A DNA stretch of 64,000 nucleotides. Source: Escherichia coli. Its GTDB lineage: Bacteria > Pseudomonadota > Gammaproteobacteria > Enterobacterales > Enterobacteriaceae. Below the pieces are notes generated by a model. It was not told the origin of the DNA, did not search any database, and saw nothing but the letters and a program-made list of their open reading frames with translations. The position numbers were made by a program, and so were the translations under genes. Positions within the stretch are counted from its first letter, which is position 1. Every line of letters starts with the position of its first letter. Where the stretch lies: the NCBI RefSeq assembly GCF_003018255.1, contig NZ_CP027440.1; one strand, 5' to 3'. Positions 44,123 to 64,000 of the stretch are shown one piece after another.

Positions 44123-45586
44123 ATGAAACCTTCCACTGAATGGTGGCGATACCTTGCGCCGCTGGCGGTCATCGCCATTATTGCTCTACTTCCGCTTCCC
44201 GCAGGGCTGGAGAGTCATACCTGGCTCTACTTTGCCGTTTTTACTGGCGTGATCGTTGGACTGATCCTCGAACCCGTGCCGGGTGCCGTGGTGGCGATGG
44301 TGGGTATATCCATCATCGCCATTCTTTCGCCGTGGCTGCTGTTTAGCCCGGAGCAGCTCGCCCAGCCAGGTTTTAAGTTCACCGCCAAATCCCTCTCCTG
44401 GGCGGTTTCTGGTTTTTCTAATTCAGTTATCTGGCTTATTTTCGCCGCCTTTATGTTTGGTACGGGCTATGAAAAAACCGGGCTTGGACGTCGCATCGCG
44501 CTGATTCTGGTGAAAAAAATGGGGCATCGCACGCTGTTTCTCGGCTATGCAGTGATGTTCTCCGAGCTGATACTCGCGCCTGTAACACCGTCCAACTCGG
44601 CGCGTGGTGCGGGGATTATCTATCCCATCATCCGTAACCTGCCACCGCTCTATCAATCACAGCCGAACGACAGCAGTTCGCGAAGCATTGGCTCGTACAT
44701 CATGTGGATGGGGATTGTTACCGACTGCGTGACCAGCGCCATTTTCCTGACGGCGATGGCACCTAACTTGCTGTTAATTGGCCTGATGAAAAGCGCATCT
44801 CACGCCACACTGAGTTGGGGCGACTGGTTCCTCGGGATGTTGCCGCTCAGTATTTTACTGGTTCTGCTGGTTCCCTGGCTGGCTTACGTGCTGTACCCGC
44901 CGGTACTGAAGTCTGGTGATCAGGTGCCGCGCTGGGCAGAGACGGAACTGCAGGCAATGGGCCCGCTCTGTTCGCGTGAAAAACGAATGCTGGGGCTGAT
45001 GGTAGGCGCACTGGTGCTGTGGATTTTCGGCGGTGATTATATCGATGCCGCGATGGTCGGTTACAGCGTGGTGGCACTGATGCTGCTTCTGCGCATTATC
45101 AGTTGGGACGACATTGTCAGTAATAAAGCCGCGTGGAACGTTTTCTTCTGGCTGGCCTCGCTTATCACCCTCGCGACCGGACTCAACAACACCGGTTTTA
45201 TTAGCTGGTTTGGCAAACTGTTAGCAGGCAGCTTAAGCGGTTATTCGCCGACGATGGTGATGGTGGCGTTGATTGTGGTCTTTTATCTGCTGCGCTACTT
45301 CTTTGCCAGCGCCACGGCGTATACCTCCGCTCTCGCGCCGATGATGATTGCCGCCGCGCTGGCGATGCCGGAAATCCCGCTGCCGGTGTTCTGCCTGATG
45401 GTTGGCGCGGCAATTGGTCTGGGGAGCATTCTTACGCCATACGCCACCGGACCCAGTCCGATTTACTACGGTAGTGGTTATCTGCCAACGGTGGATTACT
45501 GGCGACTGGGGGCAATTTTTGGGCTGATATTCCTCGTGTTGCTGGTGATTACCGGCTTACTGTGGATGCCCGTGGTGTTGCTTTAA
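44123..45586 (+). CDS. ttdT: tartrate/succinate antiporter (DASS family)
   Basis: 487 aa from MKPSTEWWRYLAPLAV; the ORF-track start 43925 is an extension into ttdB. Confidence 0.88.
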   Translation: MKPSTEWWRYLAPLAVIAIIALLPLPAGLESHTWLYFAVFTGVIVGLILEPVPGAVVAMVGISIIAILSPWLLFSPEQLAQPGFKFTAKSLSWAVSGFSNSVIWLIFAAFMFGTGYEKTGLGRRIALILVKKMGHRTLFLGYAVMFSELILAPVTPSNSARGAGIIYPIIRNLPPLYQSQPNDSSSRSIGSYIMWMGIVTDCVTSAIFLTAMAPNLLLIGLMKSASHATLSWGDWFLGMLPLSILLVLLVPWLAYVLYPPVLKSGDQVPRWAETELQAMGPLCSREKRMLGLMVGALVLWIFGGDYIDAAMVGYSVVALMLLLRIISWDDIVSNKAAWNVFFWLASLITLATGLNNTGFISWFGKLLAGSLSGYSPTMVMVALIVVFYLLRYFFASATAYTSALAPMMIAAALAMPEIPLPVFCLMVGAAIGLGSILTPYATGPSPIYYGSGYLPTVDYWRLGAIFGLIFLVLLVITGLLWMPVVLL

Positions 45587-45628
45587 GTGAGGACGGTGCC
45601 GGAAGTGACTCTCCGGCACCTAAGAGTT

Positions 45629-46642
45629 TTACGCGGCCGGTAACTCTGCCAGCGGCCAGCGCGGACGCACGCTAACGCCAAGATCCGCCGTCGCGCCTGC
45701 TTTAAACCGCACCATTCCGGCATAGGCGATCATCGCGCCGTTATCAGTACAAAATTCCGGACGCGCGTAGAACACTTCGCCACGGCGTTTTTTCATCATT
45801 TCAGCCAGCTTCGCCCGTAACGTGCGGTTAGCACTCACGCCACCTGCCATTACCAGTCGCTTAAAGCCCGTCTGATCCAGCGCTCGCTTACACTTAATCA
45901 TCAACGTATCGACCACCGCATCTTCAAAGGCGCGGGCGATATCAGCACGCGTCTGGTCGTCGGTGCCGTTATCACGAATGGTATTTGCCGCGAAGGTTTT
46001 CAGACCAGAAAAGCTGAAATCCAGCCCCGGACGGTCGGTCATCGGGCGCGGGAAGACAAAGCGCCCGGCAGTACCCTGAGCCGCCATTTTCGACAGTAAT
46101 GGCCCGCCAGGATAATCCAGCCCCAGCAGCTTCGCGGTTTTATCAAACGCTTCACCAGCCGCATCATCGATAGACTCGCCGAGCAGCTCGTACTGACCAA
46201 TGCCAGTCACGCTGATTAACTGCGTATGACCGCCGGAAACCAGCAGCGCCACAAACGGAAATTCCGGTGGGTTATCTTCCAGCATCGGCGCTAACAGATG
46301 CCCTTCCATATGGTGTACAGGGATCGCCGGAACGTTCCAGGCAAACGCCAGAGAACGCCCCACGGTCGCGCCAACCAGCAGTGCGCCGACTAATCCAGGG
46401 CCTGCGGTATAGGCCACAGCATCAATGTCTTTTGCCGTTAAACCAGACTCCTTTAGCGCCGCCTGGATCAACGGTACGGTTTTACGCACGTGATCGCGGG
46501 AGGCCAGTTCAGGCACGACGCCGCCGTAGTCAGCGTGCAATTTCACCTGACTATACAATTGGTTGGCTAACAAACCTTTTTCATCGTCGTAAATGGCGAT
46601 GCCGGTTTCATCGCAGGAAGTTTCAATACCCAGTACACGCAT
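45629..46642 (-). CDS. tsaD: tRNA N6-adenosine threonylcarbamoyltransferase
   Basis: 337 aa; [15 protein letters not shown]-terminus. Confidence 0.95.
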   Translation of the reverse strand: MRVLGIETSCDETGIAIYDDEKGLLANQLYSQVKLHADYGGVVPELASRDHVRKTVPLIQAALKESGLTAKDIDAVAYTAGPGLVGALLVGATVGRSLAFAWNVPAIPVHHMEGHLLAPMLEDNPPEFPFVALLVSGGHTQLISVTGIGQYELLGESIDDAAGEAFDKTAKLLGLDYPGGPLLSKMAAQGTAGRFVFPRPMTDRPGLDFSFSGLKTFAANTIRDNGTDDQTRADIARAFEDAVVDTLMIKCKRALDQTGFKRLVMAGGVSANRTLRAKLAEMMKKRRGEVFYARPEFCTDNGAMIAYAGMVRFKAGATADLGVSVRPRWPLAELPAA

Positions 46643-46840
46643 GACTTGTTTTACCTCGCTTTATTACCGCGCAGTGTAGGACCAATGCGGGTTGATGTAA
46701 AACTTTGTTCGCCCCTGGAGAAAGCCTCGTGTATACTCCTCACCCTTATAAAAGTCCCTTTCAAAAAAGGCCGCGGTGCTTTACAAAGCAGCAGCAATTG
46801 CAGTAAAATTCCGCACCATTTTGAAATAAGCTGGCGTTGA

Positions 46841-47095
<255 letters not shown>

Positions 47096-47101
47096 TTCCC
47101 C

Positions 47102-47116
47102 GAGAGCGTTGCTCTC
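47102..47116 (+). terminator. short hairpin between rpsU and dnaG (possible partial terminator)
   Basis: GAGAGC-gtt-GCTCTC; no T-run, so at best an attenuating structure. Confidence 0.3.
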
Positions 47117-47205
47117 CGATCAGACCGAGTTGTAGTTGTAAGGCCGTGCTTCCGAAAGGAATGCGCGGCTTATTTTCGTTTATGAATTGCTAAAAATCGG
47201 GGCCT

Positions 47206-48951
47206 ATGGCTGGACGAATCCCACGCGTATTCATTAATGATCTGCTGGCACGCACTGACATCGTCGATCTGATCGATGCCCGTGTGAAGCTGAAAAAGCA
47301 GGGCAAGAATTTCCACGCGTGTTGTCCATTCCACAACGAGAAAACCCCGTCATTCACCGTTAACGGTGAGAAACAGTTTTACCACTGCTTTGGATGTGGC
47401 GCGCACGGCAACGCGATCGACTTCCTGATGAACTACGACAAGCTCGAGTTCGTCGAAACGGTCGAAGAGCTGGCAGCAATGCACAATCTTGAAGTGCCAT
47501 TTGAAGCAGGCAGCGGCCCCAGCCAGATCGAGCGCCATCAGCGGCAAACGCTTTATCAGTTGATGGACGGTCTGAATACGTTTTACCAACAATCTTTACA
47601 GCAACCTGTTGCCACGTCTGCGCGCCAGTATCTGGAAAAACGCGGATTAAGCCACGAGGTTATCGCCCGCTTTGCGATTGGTTTTGCCCCCCCTGGCTGG
47701 GACAACGTCCTGAAGCGGTTTGGCGGCAATCCAGAAAATCGCCAGTCATTGATTGATGCGGGCATGTTGGTCACTAACGATCAGGGTCGCAGTTACGATC
47801 GTTTCCGCGAGCGGGTGATGTTCCCCATTCGTGATAAACGCGGTCGGGTGATTGGTTTTGGCGGACGCGTGCTGGGCAACGATACCCCCAAATACCTGAA
47901 CTCGCCGGAAACGGACATTTTCCATAAAGGCCGCCAGCTTTACGGTCTTTATGAAGCGCAGCAGGATAACGCTGAACCCAATCGTCTGCTTGTGGTCGAA
48001 GGCTATATGGACGTGGTGGCGCTGGCGCAATACGGCATTAATTACGCCGTTGCGTCGTTAGGTACGTCAACCACCGCCGATCACATACAACTGTTGTTCC
48101 GCGCGACCAACAATGTCATTTGCTGTTATGACGGCGACCGTGCAGGCCGCGATGCCGCCTGGCGAGCGCTGGAAACGGCGTTGCCTTACATGACAGACGG
48201 CCGTCAGCTACGCTTTATGTTTTTGCCGGATGGCGAAGACCCTGACACGCTGGTACGAAAAGAAGGTAAAGAAGCGTTTGAAGCGCGGATGGAGCAGGCG
48301 ATGCCACTCTCCGCATTTCTGTTTAACAGTCTGATGCCGCAAGTTGATCTGAGTACCCCTGACGGGCGCGCACGTTTGAGTACGCTGGCACTGCCATTGA
48401 TATCGCAAGTGCCGGGCGAAACGCTGCGAATATATCTTCGTCAGGAATTAGGCAACAAATTAGGCATACTTGATGACAGCCAGCTTGAACGATTAATCCC
48501 AAAAGCGGCAGAGAGCGGCGTTTCTCGCCCTGTTCCGCAGCTAAAACGCACGACCATGCGTATACTTATAGGGTTGCTGGTGCAAAATCCAGAATTAGCG
48601 ACGTTGGTCCCGCCGCTTGAGAATCTGGATGAAAATAAGCTCCCTGGACTTGGCTTATTCAGAGAACTGGTCAACACTTGTCTCTCCCAGCCAGGTCTGA
48701 CCACCGGGCAACTTTTAGAGCACTATCGTGGTACAAATAATGCTGCCACCCTTGAAAAACTGTCGATGTGGGACGATATAGCAGATAAGAATATTGCTGA
48801 GCAAACCTTCACCGACTCACTCAACCATATGTTTGATTCGCTGCTTGAACTGCGCCAGGAAGAGTTAATCGCTCGTGAGCGCACGCATGGTTTAAGCAAC
48901 GAAGAACGCCTGGAGCTCTGGACATTAAACCAGGAGCTGGCGAAAAAGTAA
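47206..48951 (+). CDS. dnaG: DNA primase
   Basis: 581 aa; zinc-binding CHACCPFHNEKTPSF...CFGCGAHG and Toprim domain. Confidence 0.97.
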   Translation: MAGRIPRVFINDLLARTDIVDLIDARVKLKKQGKNFHACCPFHNEKTPSFTVNGEKQFYHCFGCGAHGNAIDFLMNYDKLEFVETVEELAAMHNLEVPFEAGSGPSQIERHQRQTLYQLMDGLNTFYQQSLQQPVATSARQYLEKRGLSHEVIARFAIGFAPPGWDNVLKRFGGNPENRQSLIDAGMLVTNDQGRSYDRFRERVMFPIRDKRGRVIGFGGRVLGNDTPKYLNSPETDIFHKGRQLYGLYEAQQDNAEPNRLLVVEGYMDVVALAQYGINYAVASLGTSTTADHIQLLFRATNNVICCYDGDRAGRDAAWRALETALPYMTDGRQLRFMFLPDGEDPDTLVRKEGKEAFEARMEQAMPLSAFLFNSLMPQVDLSTPDGRARLSTLALPLISQVPGETLRIYLRQELGNKLGILDDSQLERLIPKAAESGVSRPVPQLKRTTMRILIGLLVQNPELATLVPPLENLDENKLPGLGLFRELVNTCLSQPGLTTGQLLEHYRGTNNAATLEKLSMWDDIADKNIAEQTFTDSLNHMFDSLLELRQEELIARERTHGLSNEERLELWTLNQELAKK

Positions 48952-49145
48952 TTTAACGGCTTAAGTGCCGAAGAGCGATCGGGAAGCCCCCGACAGCCGC
49001 ACTGAGAGGCAGCGGCAAATATATAAGTACGCCCTCGTAATTATCGTTGGCGGTAAACAACCGTTGGATTTCAGCGTTAACGGCTGAAGGACATCGGGTC
49101 AATCGCCCAACACCAACCTCATGAAATAAGTGTGGATACCGTCTT

Positions 49146-50987
<1,842 letters not shown>

Positions 50988-51040
50988 TCGGTAGGCCGGA
51001 TCAGGTGTTACGCCGCACCCGGCACTAGTCCCTCCGCACA

Positions 51041-51068
51041 AACGCCACCTTTTCGGTGGCGTTTTTAT
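51041..51068 (+). terminator. rho-independent terminator of rpoD
   Basis: GCCACC-ttttc-GGTGGC followed by GTTTTTAT; overlaps the 3' end of mug. Confidence 0.75.
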
Positions 51069-51571
51069 CGCCCACGCACCACCAGTGCCTGGTCCAGCTC
51101 GCGATACGCTTCAACCAGTTTCTCCAGTGAAACGCGACTTAAACCGCTGGGATTTGGCAGCACCCAAATCTGCGTCGAACCAATGGTGAGAGTTTGTTTC
51201 CCCCACTGTGCACCGCGCTGGCTGAATCCCTGTTCATATGCTTGTTTGCCCAGAATCGCCAACGCCTGCGGCTGATAATCTTCAATTTTTTCAATCAGCT
51301 TACGCCCGCCTGCGTGTAGCTCCTGCTTTGAAACTTCATTGGCTTGCACCGTTGGACGGTCTACCAGTTTGGTGACGCCACAACGATAATCCAGCAGATG
51401 CTGTGCCTCCTGCGGCTTCAACTGACGGTCGGTAAACCCGGCCTGATATATCACCTTCCAGAAGCGATTTGCCGGATGAGCAAAGGGAAAACCAGTCCCG
51501 GCGGATGAAAGCCCAGGGTTGATACCGCAAAACACGACCCGTAACCCTGGAGCCAAAATATCCTCAACCAT
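51065..51571 (-). CDS. mug: G/U mismatch-specific uracil-DNA glycosylase
   Basis: 168 aa; GINPGL motif. Confidence 0.9.
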
Positions 51572-51695
51572 ATTTACTCCTTTCTAACATCACCAGGAAA
51601 AGTATAACGGATTGAAAATACATTGTTTATAAAAACAGCAGGCGCGCGGTAATGGCTGGATTGCGACACGGAGTTACTTTATAATCCGCTACCAT

Positions 51696-51771
51696 GGCCC
51701 CTTAGCTCAGTGGTTAGAGCAGGCGACTCATAATCGCTTGGTCGCTGGTTCAAGTCCAGCAGGGGCCACCA
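51696..51771 (+). tRNA. ileX: tRNA-Ile (CAU anticodon, lysidine-modified)
   Basis: 76 nt cloverleaf GGCCCCTTAGCTCAGTGGTTAGAGC...CTCATAATCG...GGTTCAAGTCCAGCAGGGGCCACCA with encoded CCA; anticodon loop CT-CAT-AA. Confidence 0.9.
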
Positions 51772-51780
51772 GATATAGCA

Positions 51781-51812
51781 AAGGCTGACGAGAAATCGTC
51801 AGCCTTTTTCTT
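51781..51812 (+). terminator. rho-independent terminator after ileX
   Basis: AAAGGCTGACG-agaaat-CGTCAGCCTTT followed by TTCTTT. Confidence 0.75.
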
Positions 51813-51824
51813 TATATATATCAG

Positions 51825-52589
51825 TTACTTTGCGTGCCAGTAAGCCGCTGCACGTACCCGCTGTGGGTCATACTGTTCCGCTTCAAAGCGGCGGCTTAAA
51901 TTCTTAACGACTTTGCCTTCGCCGGTTATCCAGATGAAGTAATCATCGGCAGGGATTTGCATCTGCGCCAGACGTGCGTCTACCGCCTGCTCATCATGTG
52001 CCAGCCATTCGATATTAAAATCATCAAGGTGCGCGAGATAATCCTGACAGGCGTTATCCCGCACGCTAACCAGCGCGCTAACTTGCGGTTTAACGGCAAG
52101 TTTACTCAACGTTTCCAGGCGGCGGCGCAGTGCCGGCATTCCGGACTCATCGCAAACATACACCTGATACGCGTAATCTTCCGGCACCACCAGCGAACCG
52201 CGCGGCCCTGCCACCGTAAGTTTATCGCCCGGTTGCGCCTGCATCGCCCAGCCGCTGGCGACCCCACCGTCGTGAATAAAGAAATCGATCGCCAGTTCAT
52301 GGCGTAGTTCGTCATACAGCGGCGTATAGTCACGCGACGGTGGGCGTGGTCCTTCCGGCCAGACGATGCCCTCTTCCGTTACTGTTGGCGGCACAAAGTG
52401 AGCATCAGATTGAGGAAAGAAGAGTTTGCTGTGATCGTCAAAGCCGCGCGATGTAAAACCGTCCAGAGCCTCGCCGCCAAGGACAATGCGCTGAAAACCG
52501 ACGCTAATACGCTCAACGCGTAACACAGTCAGTTCACGGAAGCGCAGATCATTGCGAACGCGCTGCGGGTAGCGGGGGGAGTTATTCAT
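51825..52589 (-). CDS. yqjH: NADPH-dependent ferric-siderophore reductase
   Basis: 254 aa siderophore-interacting FAD-binding protein. Confidence 0.9.
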   Translation of the reverse strand: MNNSPRYPQRVRNDLRFRELTVLRVERISVGFQRIVLGGEALDGFTSRGFDDHSKLFFPQSDAHFVPPTVTEEGIVWPEGPRPPSRDYTPLYDELRHELAIDFFIHDGGVASGWAMQAQPGDKLTVAGPRGSLVVPEDYAYQVYVCDESGMPALRRRLETLSKLAVKPQVSALVSVRDNACQDYLAHLDDFNIEWLAHDEQAVDARLAQMQIPADDYFIWITGEGKVVKNLSRRFEAEQYDPQRVRAAAYWHAK

Positions 52590-52601
52590 TGTTATCGCCT
52601 T

Positions 52602-52618
52602 CGTGATGGTAATCAGAT
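52602..52618. promoter_or_regulatory. palindrome ATCAGATATATCTAAAT near the yqjH promoter (candidate YqjI operator)
   Basis: Dyad CAGATATATCTA adjacent to the yqjH start; a related copy lies upstream of yqjI. Confidence 0.4.
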
Positions 52619-52628
52619 ATATCTAAAT

Positions 52629-52656
52629 AATTTTCGTAAATGATAATGATTGTTAA
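52629..52656. promoter_or_regulatory. Fur box upstream of yqjH
   Basis: AATGATAATGATTGTTAATCATGATAAAT closely matches the GATAAT-repeat Fur consensus. Confidence 0.6.
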
Positions 52657-52699
52657 TCATGATAAATGCAAGCGATTTGTAGAACTGATATGTCTATAG

Positions 52700-52780
52700 T
52701 CTGATAAGACGAACCGCCTCTTCTCAGGCATCATTACTCAACGCCGGATGCGGCGTGAACGCCTTATCCGGCCTACGTGT
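52700..52780. repeat. REP element(s) in the yqjH-yqjI intergenic region
   Basis: CTGATAAGACG... and GCCGGATGCGGCGTGAACGCCTTATCCGGCCTAC. Confidence 0.8.
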
Positions 52781-52829
52781 GAGATGAGTCCACGTTTAAA
52801 AATCATTTTTATTCTTGCAAGAGTGCTCA

Positions 52830-52858
52830 TATCAGATATAAATTAGATATATCTAATT
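52830..52858. promoter_or_regulatory. palindromic repeat ATCAGATATAAATTAGATATATCTAATT upstream of yqjI (candidate autoregulatory operator)
   Basis: Shares the AGATATATCT core with the site at 52602-52618. Confidence 0.4.
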
Positions 52859-52876
52859 AAGCAAAAGGAGGCTGAT

Positions 52877-53500
52877 ATGAGCCATCATCACGAAGGGTGT
52901 TGTAAACATGAAGGCCAGCCACGCCATGAGGGCTGCTGCAAAGGTGAGAAGTCAGAACATGAGCACTGCGGACACGGTCACCAGCATGAACACGGTCAAT
53001 GCTGCGGTGGTCGCCACGGTCGCGGCGGCGGTCGTCGGCAGCGTTTCTTTGGTCACGGTGAATTGCGTCTGGTGATTCTGGATATTCTCTCGCGCGATGA
53101 CAGCCACGGTTACGAGTTGATTAAAGCGATTGAAAATCTGACCCAGGGGAATTACACCCCAAGCCCGGGCGTCATCTACCCGACGCTGGATTTTCTGCAG
53201 GAGCAGTCGCTGATTACCATCCGCGAAGAGGAAGGTGGTAAGAAGCAGATTGCGTTGACCGAACAAGGCTCGCAGTGGCTGGAAGAAAACCGCGAACAGG
53301 TGGAGATGATTGAAGAACGCATCAAAGCGCGTTGCGTTGGCGCAGCGCTGCGCCAGAACCCGCAAATGAAGCGGGCGCTGGATAATTTTAAAGCGGTGCT
53401 GGATTTACGCGTCAACCAGAGCGATATCACTGATGCACAAATAAAAAAGATCATTGCGGTGATCGACCGCGCCGCTTTTGATATTACCCAACTGGATTAA
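52877..53500 (+). CDS. yqjI: PadR-family metal-responsive repressor YqjI with His/Cys-rich N-terminus
   Basis: 207 aa; N-terminal HHHEGCCKHEGQPRHEGCCKGEKSEHEHCGHGHQHEHGQCCGG metal-binding tract then PadR wHTH. Confidence 0.85.
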   Translation: MSHHHEGCCKHEGQPRHEGCCKGEKSEHEHCGHGHQHEHGQCCGGRHGRGGGRRQRFFGHGELRLVILDILSRDDSHGYELIKAIENLTQGNYTPSPGVIYPTLDFLQEQSLITIREEEGGKKQIALTEQGSQWLEENREQVEMIEERIKARCVGAALRQNPQMKRALDNFKAVLDLRVNQSDITDAQIKKIIAVIDRAAFDITQLD

Positions 53501-53590
53501 CGGATGCGGCGTACCCTACCCCCCCCGTAGGCCTGATAAGATGCGCCAGCATCGCATCAGGCATTGTGCTCCAACCGCCGGATCCGGCAT
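53500..53590. repeat. REP-like palindromic elements between yqjI and aer
   Basis: CGGATGCGGCGTACCC...GTAGGCCTGATAAGATGCGCCAGCATCGCATCAGGC. Confidence 0.7.
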
Positions 53591-53595
53591 ACCGA

Positions 53596-55116
53596 TTAAT
53601 GCAGCACCGTCACCGCGTCTTCCAGTCGGCTGGCGCGGTGTTTCACCATCGCCGACACCTGCGCACTCTCTTCCACTAACTCGGCGTTTTTCTGGGTGAT
53701 CAGGTTAAGCTCATCCACTGCACGGGTCAGGCTGGAAAGCCCATCGGCCTGTTCCAGCGTTGAATGGCTAATCTGAGCTATCAACTGGGTGACGTTTTTT
53801 ACCTGTGCCACAATATCTTCCATCGTCCGTCCGGCGGCGTGTACCTGCTGCGAACCGGATTGCACCTTATCAGCACTGGCATCAATCAGCTTGCGAATAT
53901 CGTTGGCAGCATTGGCGCTGCGGCTGGCTAAATGACGCACTTCCCCCGCCACCACTGCAAAACCTTTGCCCTGTTCGCCGGCACGCGCCGCTTCCACCGC
54001 CGCATTCAGGGCCAGAATATTGGTCTGAAACGCAATATCGTTAATCAGCGAAGTAATGGTGCCAATGCGCTGGGTACTGTCGGCAATATCGTCCATTGTC
54101 TTGATCACCGTAGTCATCGCCTCTCCGCCCTGCACTGCCGCATTACTGGCAGTGATAGAAAGTTTATCGGCAGCCGACGCCGTGGCAGAGTTCTGTTTCA
54201 CCGACGCCGCCATTTGGTTCATGGTCGCCACCGTTTGCTGAACGTTATCAACTGTCTGCTGGGTATGTTCGTTCAGTTCATCGGTGCCTTTCGCCAGCGT
54301 CTCACTGCCATTTCTGACACTGGACACCTGGCTTGAGACATCGTTAATTAGCCAACGGCACATCAGACCAAGCTGCCCTACCGCGCGTAATGTCAGCCCC
54401 AGCTCATCGCTGCGATTCAGATGCTCAACACTATTACGCTCTCCGGTCGCCACCTTCAGCGCCTGACGGGCGACATTTTCTATCGGGCGCACAATCTGCC
54501 ATTCAAAACAAGCGCTTGCCAACAATACCACTAACGCACAGAGGATATACGTCACCACCGGGGCAGCAACAAACCATAGCATGGCCGTCAGCAAGATAAA
54601 CATCAGGGTCATCACGCCACGCGCCCGCCAGCGAAGCGGTAATGAAGGCAGTTTACCCAGCCAGCCTTTACGCACCACCAGGCCTTTATGAATACGCTTA
54701 CTGGTACGTCCGGCGTTCAACGCTTTGTACAGCGGCTCCACCGCCGCGATCTCTTCATCCGTCGCCCGGGTACGAATCGACATATAGCCACTGATTTTTC
54801 CCTCGCGCACCATCGGTACCGCATTGGCCCGCACCCAATAATGGTCGCCATTTTTGCGGCGATTTTTCACGATGCCGCTCCAGGGCTCCCCTTTTTTCAG
54901 GGTGAACCACATATCCGCAAACGCCGCTTTTGGCATATCCGGGTGACGCACCATGTTGTGCGGCTGCCATTGTAACTCTTGCAAGGTAAAGCCGCTCACC
55001 TGCACAAAAGTGTCATTAGCATGAGTGATATAGCTTTGCAGATCGGTAGTGGACATCAGAGTGGTATCGTCCGCCAGCGGGGTATTTTGCTGGGTGACAT
55101 ACGGATGAGAAGACAT
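53596..55116 (-). CDS. aer: aerotaxis receptor Aer (PAS-FAD plus MCP signalling domain)
   Basis: 506 aa; N-terminal PAS domain, HAMP and methyl-accepting signalling domain. Confidence 0.92.
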   Translation of the reverse strand: MSSHPYVTQQNTPLADDTTLMSTTDLQSYITHANDTFVQVSGFTLQELQWQPHNMVRHPDMPKAAFADMWFTLKKGEPWSGIVKNRRKNGDHYWVRANAVPMVREGKISGYMSIRTRATDEEIAAVEPLYKALNAGRTSKRIHKGLVVRKGWLGKLPSLPLRWRARGVMTLMFILLTAMLWFVAAPVVTYILCALVVLLASACFEWQIVRPIENVARQALKVATGERNSVEHLNRSDELGLTLRAVGQLGLMCRWLINDVSSQVSSVRNGSETLAKGTDELNEHTQQTVDNVQQTVATMNQMAASVKQNSATASAADKLSITASNAAVQGGEAMTTVIKTMDDIADSTQRIGTITSLINDIAFQTNILALNAAVEAARAGEQGKGFAVVAGEVRHLASRSANAANDIRKLIDASADKVQSGSQQVHAAGRTMEDIVAQVKNVTQLIAQISHSTLEQADGLSSLTRAVDELNLITQKNAELVEESAQVSAMVKHRASRLEDAVTVLH

Positions 55117-55398
55117 GTTCGCGTCCTGTGCAGGTTATATGGTTGTTAACTTCTTGTCAGAGTTTATGTCGGCCCCGCTGCGGTTATCTTTAACTGATTA
55201 ATTTGATTTAGATCGCAATTTGCGATTAAAGCATAAATCTAATCCCTTGATTTAAAATACTTTCACTCTGTTACTATACGAAAACGTTAATTATCTTGCC
55301 CAAAAATCAGGCTGTTGTTGCCCTGAAAGTGTGCATTTGCGCAGCAATCGCCAAATCCATACCCGACAAAAACCGTGCAAAATAACAACATATGTTAA

Positions 55399-56913
<1,515 letters not shown>

Positions 56914-56954
56914 TATCAAATCGGATGACGATACGACGTCGCCATCCGATCTTT

Positions 56955-57311
<357 letters not shown>

Positions 57312-57331
57312 TTACTAAACTATAGCAAAAA

Positions 57332-57384
<53 letters not shown>

Positions 57385-57386
57385 CA

Positions 57387-64000
<6,614 letters not shown>

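Overview
This window is an Escherichia coli-type chromosomal segment. From about 12.9 kb onward it is the conserved parE-yqiA-cpdA-yqiB-nudF / tolC-ygiBC / ygiD-zupT-ribB-ubiK-glgS-yqiJK / hldE-glnE-ygiF / ygiM-cca / uppP-folB-plsY / ttdR-ttdABT / tsaD / rpsU-dnaG-rpoD / mug-ileX / yqjH-yqjI / aer / patA / ygjH / ebgR-ebgAC / ygjI neighbourhood. Gene names are assigned by recall of protein sequence, length and synteny; no database search was run. The left 12.8 kb is accessory DNA: a siderophore-type uptake locus (TonB-dependent receptor divergent from an ABC ATPase and FecCD-type permeases), then a compact, AT-rich gene array ending in a hairpin against the 3' end of parE. That array is the best candidate for an undescribed system. 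It is a divergent GPH-family glycoside symporter plus seven co-directional genes: GntR/HutC regulator, ADP-ribosylglycohydrolase-family hydrolase, double-SIS protein, PfkB kinase, a secreted protein, a small outer-membrane barrel and a secreted HAD-type phosphatase. I read it as a catabolic locus for an unknown, possibly phosphorylated, glycoside or N-glycoside, with candidate TGGT-N4-ACCA operators. Other points: an assT-dsbL-dsbI insertion between ygiC and ygiD in which dsbI is frameshifted; a single ibs/sib type I toxin-antitoxin copy; the ribB FMN riboswitch; tRNA-Ile(CAU); REP clusters; a Fur box and palindromes between yqjH and yqjI. No CRISPR array, integrase or transposase was seen.
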